A stretch of 64,000 nt of DNA from Candidatus Omnitrophota bacterium (GTDB lineage Bacteria; Omnitrophota; Gorgyraeia; Zapsychrales; Zapsychraceae): NCBI GenBank assembly GCA_050250375.1, contig JBFWOS010000003.1, positions 739,359 to 803,358 on the forward strand, in the 5' to 3' direction. Position 1 is the stretch's first letter. Every line of letters begins with the position of its first letter. A model generated the notes under the pieces. The model was not told where the DNA came from. It made no database searches and saw nothing but the letters and a program-made list of their open reading frames with translations. Made by a program: the position numbers and the translations under genes. Of this stretch, positions 62,315 to 64,000 are shown piece by piece.

Positions 62315-62872
62315 GTGCGATTTAGTACAAAAAAGGATCTACGAGAAAAGGTCAAAACGCTTTTAAGGAGTCAGGAGGAGGAAAAGCGGTTAGAAAAAAG
62401 TTTATTGATTAAAAATAAACTTTTTAATATGGATGTGTTTCACCGCGCATCTAATATTCTGTTTTATGCATCATTTGATGGGGAAGTGGATACATTTGAC
62501 ATGATAATTAGTTCAATAAAATTGGGTAAGACTGTGGGATTGCCTGTAATCAAAAAGGACAGCACACAGCTTTTGCCCAGAATAATTCATAGTTTTGAAA
62601 GAGATTTGGAAAAAGGCCCGTATGGTATTAAGCAACCTAAAATTAATCCGGAAAATGAGATGAAAACGATCGATTTGGTCATAGTCCCTGGTATTGTGTT
62701 CGATAAACGCAATTACCGAATAGGACGAGGGGCGGGGTTTTATGACCGGTTTTTGAGTACATTATCGGATAAGATTTATACATTAGGTTTGGCTTTTGAC
62801 TTTCAAATTATTGAACGCTTTCCTCAGATTGATCAACATGATGTTCCCGTAAAACATGTTCTTACCAATTAA
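62315..62872 (+). CDS. 5-formyltetrahydrofolate cyclo-ligase (GTG start)
   Basis: …VPGIVFDKRNYRIGRGAGFYDRFL… MTHFS family pattern. Confidence 0.75.
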   Translation: MRFSTKKDLREKVKTLLRSQEEEKRLEKSLLIKNKLFNMDVFHRASNILFYASFDGEVDTFDMIISSIKLGKTVGLPVIKKDSTQLLPRIIHSFERDLEKGPYGIKQPKINPENEMKTIDLVIVPGIVFDKRNYRIGRGAGFYDRFLSTLSDKIYTLGLAFDFQIIERFPQIDQHDVPVKHVLTN

Positions 62873-62944
62873 CCGCCAGGTATTCTTCCAAAGATGATTA
62901 TCAACAGTTTTTTCTCGTGATACAGATATTGAGAGGAGTTTTAT

Positions 62945-64000
62945 ATGACCGAAGAAGTTGGTATTTATACGCAGAGTATTATATTGTCCATTATTGTCAT
63001 GGTTTCTGTTTTGGCCGGATATTTATTGCGTTGGTTTTTTGCCAGCAAGAAATTCAGAGATGCCCAAGCTATGGCAAAAGACATCATCGAACAAGCCAAG
63101 AGGGAAGCAGATAATAGAAAAAAGGAAGTAGAGCTTCATGGAAAAGACTTGTTGTTAAAAATGCGCCAGGAATTTGAAGCCGAAACCAAAGAACGCCGTG
63201 AAGAAACCATATTGGTCGAAAAGCGCCTTCTTCAGAAAGAAGAGAATCTGGATAAACGGGTCGATCTGCTGGAAAGAAAGGAAAAGGATATAGATGCCCG
63301 ATTAATGGCTTTAAAAGCAAATGAAGAAAAGGTTTCTGAAAAAAAGAACAATTTAAATCAGTTGATTGAGGAAGAAAAACAGCGGTTACAGAAAATTTCT
63401 TCAATGACAGAAGAAGAGGCCAAGAAGCTTTTACTTTCGAGAATTGATGAAGAGTTATTACAGGAAAAAGCAGCCCGTATCCGATCGATGGAAGATGAAA
63501 TCAAAGATTCGTCCGAAAAAAAGGCCAGGGAAGTGGTTAGTGTTGCAATTCAACGGTGCTCTTCGGAACATACGGCAGCTTCCACGGTAACGGTCGTGCT
63601 TCTTCCGAGCGATGAAATGAAAGGCCGTATAATCGGTCGTGAAGGTAGAAACATCCGTGCGTTGGAAGCAGCTGCGGGAGTAGATATCATTATTGACGAT
63701 ACTCCGGAAGCGGTAACTATTTCAGGGTTCGATATGTATAGACGGGAAACCGCCAGAATAGCACTTGAAAACCTTATAGCTGATGGCAGAATTCATCCCG
63801 GGCGGATTGAAGAGGTTGTAGAAAAAGCCAAAAAAGAGATGGAGACTATCATTAAAGAAGAGGGTGAGAAGACAGCCTTTGATTTAGGGATTCATGGCAT
63901 GCATCCTGAGTTATTGAAATTGGTTGGCCGACTGAAGTTTAGAACCAGTTATGGTCAAAATGGTTTACAACACACCAGAGAAGTTTCAATGTTGATCGGA
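62945..64000 (+). CDS. rny: Ribonuclease Y, 5' portion (continues beyond window)
   Basis: N-terminal TM helix, long coiled-coil, KH domain [15 protein letters not shown], start of HD domain; SD GAGAGGAG upstream. Absent from the ORF track because there is no stop in the window. Confidence 0.8.
   Translation, partial: MTEEVGIYTQSIILSIIVMVSVLAGYLLRWFFASKKFRDAQAMAKDIIEQAKREADNRKKEVELHGKDLLLKMRQEFEAETKERREETILVEKRLLQKEENLDKRVDLLERKEKDIDARLMALKANEEKVSEKKNNLNQLIEEEKQRLQKISSMTEEEAKKLLLSRIDEELLQEKAARIRSMEDEIKDSSEKKAREVVSVAIQRCSSEHTAASTVTVVLLPSDEMKGRIIGREGRNIRALEAAAGVDIIIDDTPEAVTISGFDMYRRETARIALENLIADGRIHPGRIEEVVEKAKKEMETIIKEEGEKTAFDLGIHGMHPELLKLVGRLKFRTSYGQNGLQHTREVSMLIG

Noticed and set aside
63084-63404. 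106-aa minus-strand ORF
   Set aside because: Antisense within rny (RNase Y), whose plus-strand frame has clear KH/HD homology.

Overview
This is the replication-origin neighbourhood of an AT-rich bacterial chromosome. Gene orientation flips at the dnaA-rpmH intergenic region. To the left of 47.5 kb every gene is on the minus strand: gyrA, gyrB, a DUF721 gene, dnaN, dnaA, tRNA-Glu, a small metabolic block, a very large Tad/Flp pilus locus, and a single open minus-strand frame covering 1..15241 whose C-terminus runs off the window edge (more than 5,080 codons). To the right everything is on the plus strand: rpmH, yidC, a short jag, a perfect parS site, parA, parB, ndk, yicC, gmk, rpoZ, coaC, tRNA-Cys, tRNA-Leu, tRNA-Val, thrS, infC, rpmI, rplT, pheS, pheT, a candidate 6S RNA upstream of a 5-formyl-THF cyclo-ligase gene, and the start of rny.

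The unusual material is at 1..36,000. First, the giant edge-truncated ORF has an N-terminal transmembrane helix, a Gly/Asn low-complexity tract, Gly/Ala-rich hydrophobic segments and a Walker A motif near the window edge. Second, a 1.6 kb AT-rich non-coding region containing a C8 homopolymer lies upstream of that ORF. Third, the Tad locus carries eleven genes with class-III prepilin-like N-termini: seven Flp-like genes of 55-131 aa, two TadE-like genes, a 1293-aa cysteine-rich TadG-like protein, and one further Flp-like gene with a Cys-rich tail. The same locus also has a CpaE-CpaF ATPase fusion, a CpaC secretin carrying a C-terminal TonB_C-like domain, an HTH protein, a DUF192 gene and a PpiC-type isomerase. 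One extra Flp gene sits alone 1.2 kb away.

Every protein call was made by reading translations by eye; there were no database searches. The combination of giant ORFs and Tad pili resembles what has been described for Omnitrophota-like candidate phyla. That is inference only.
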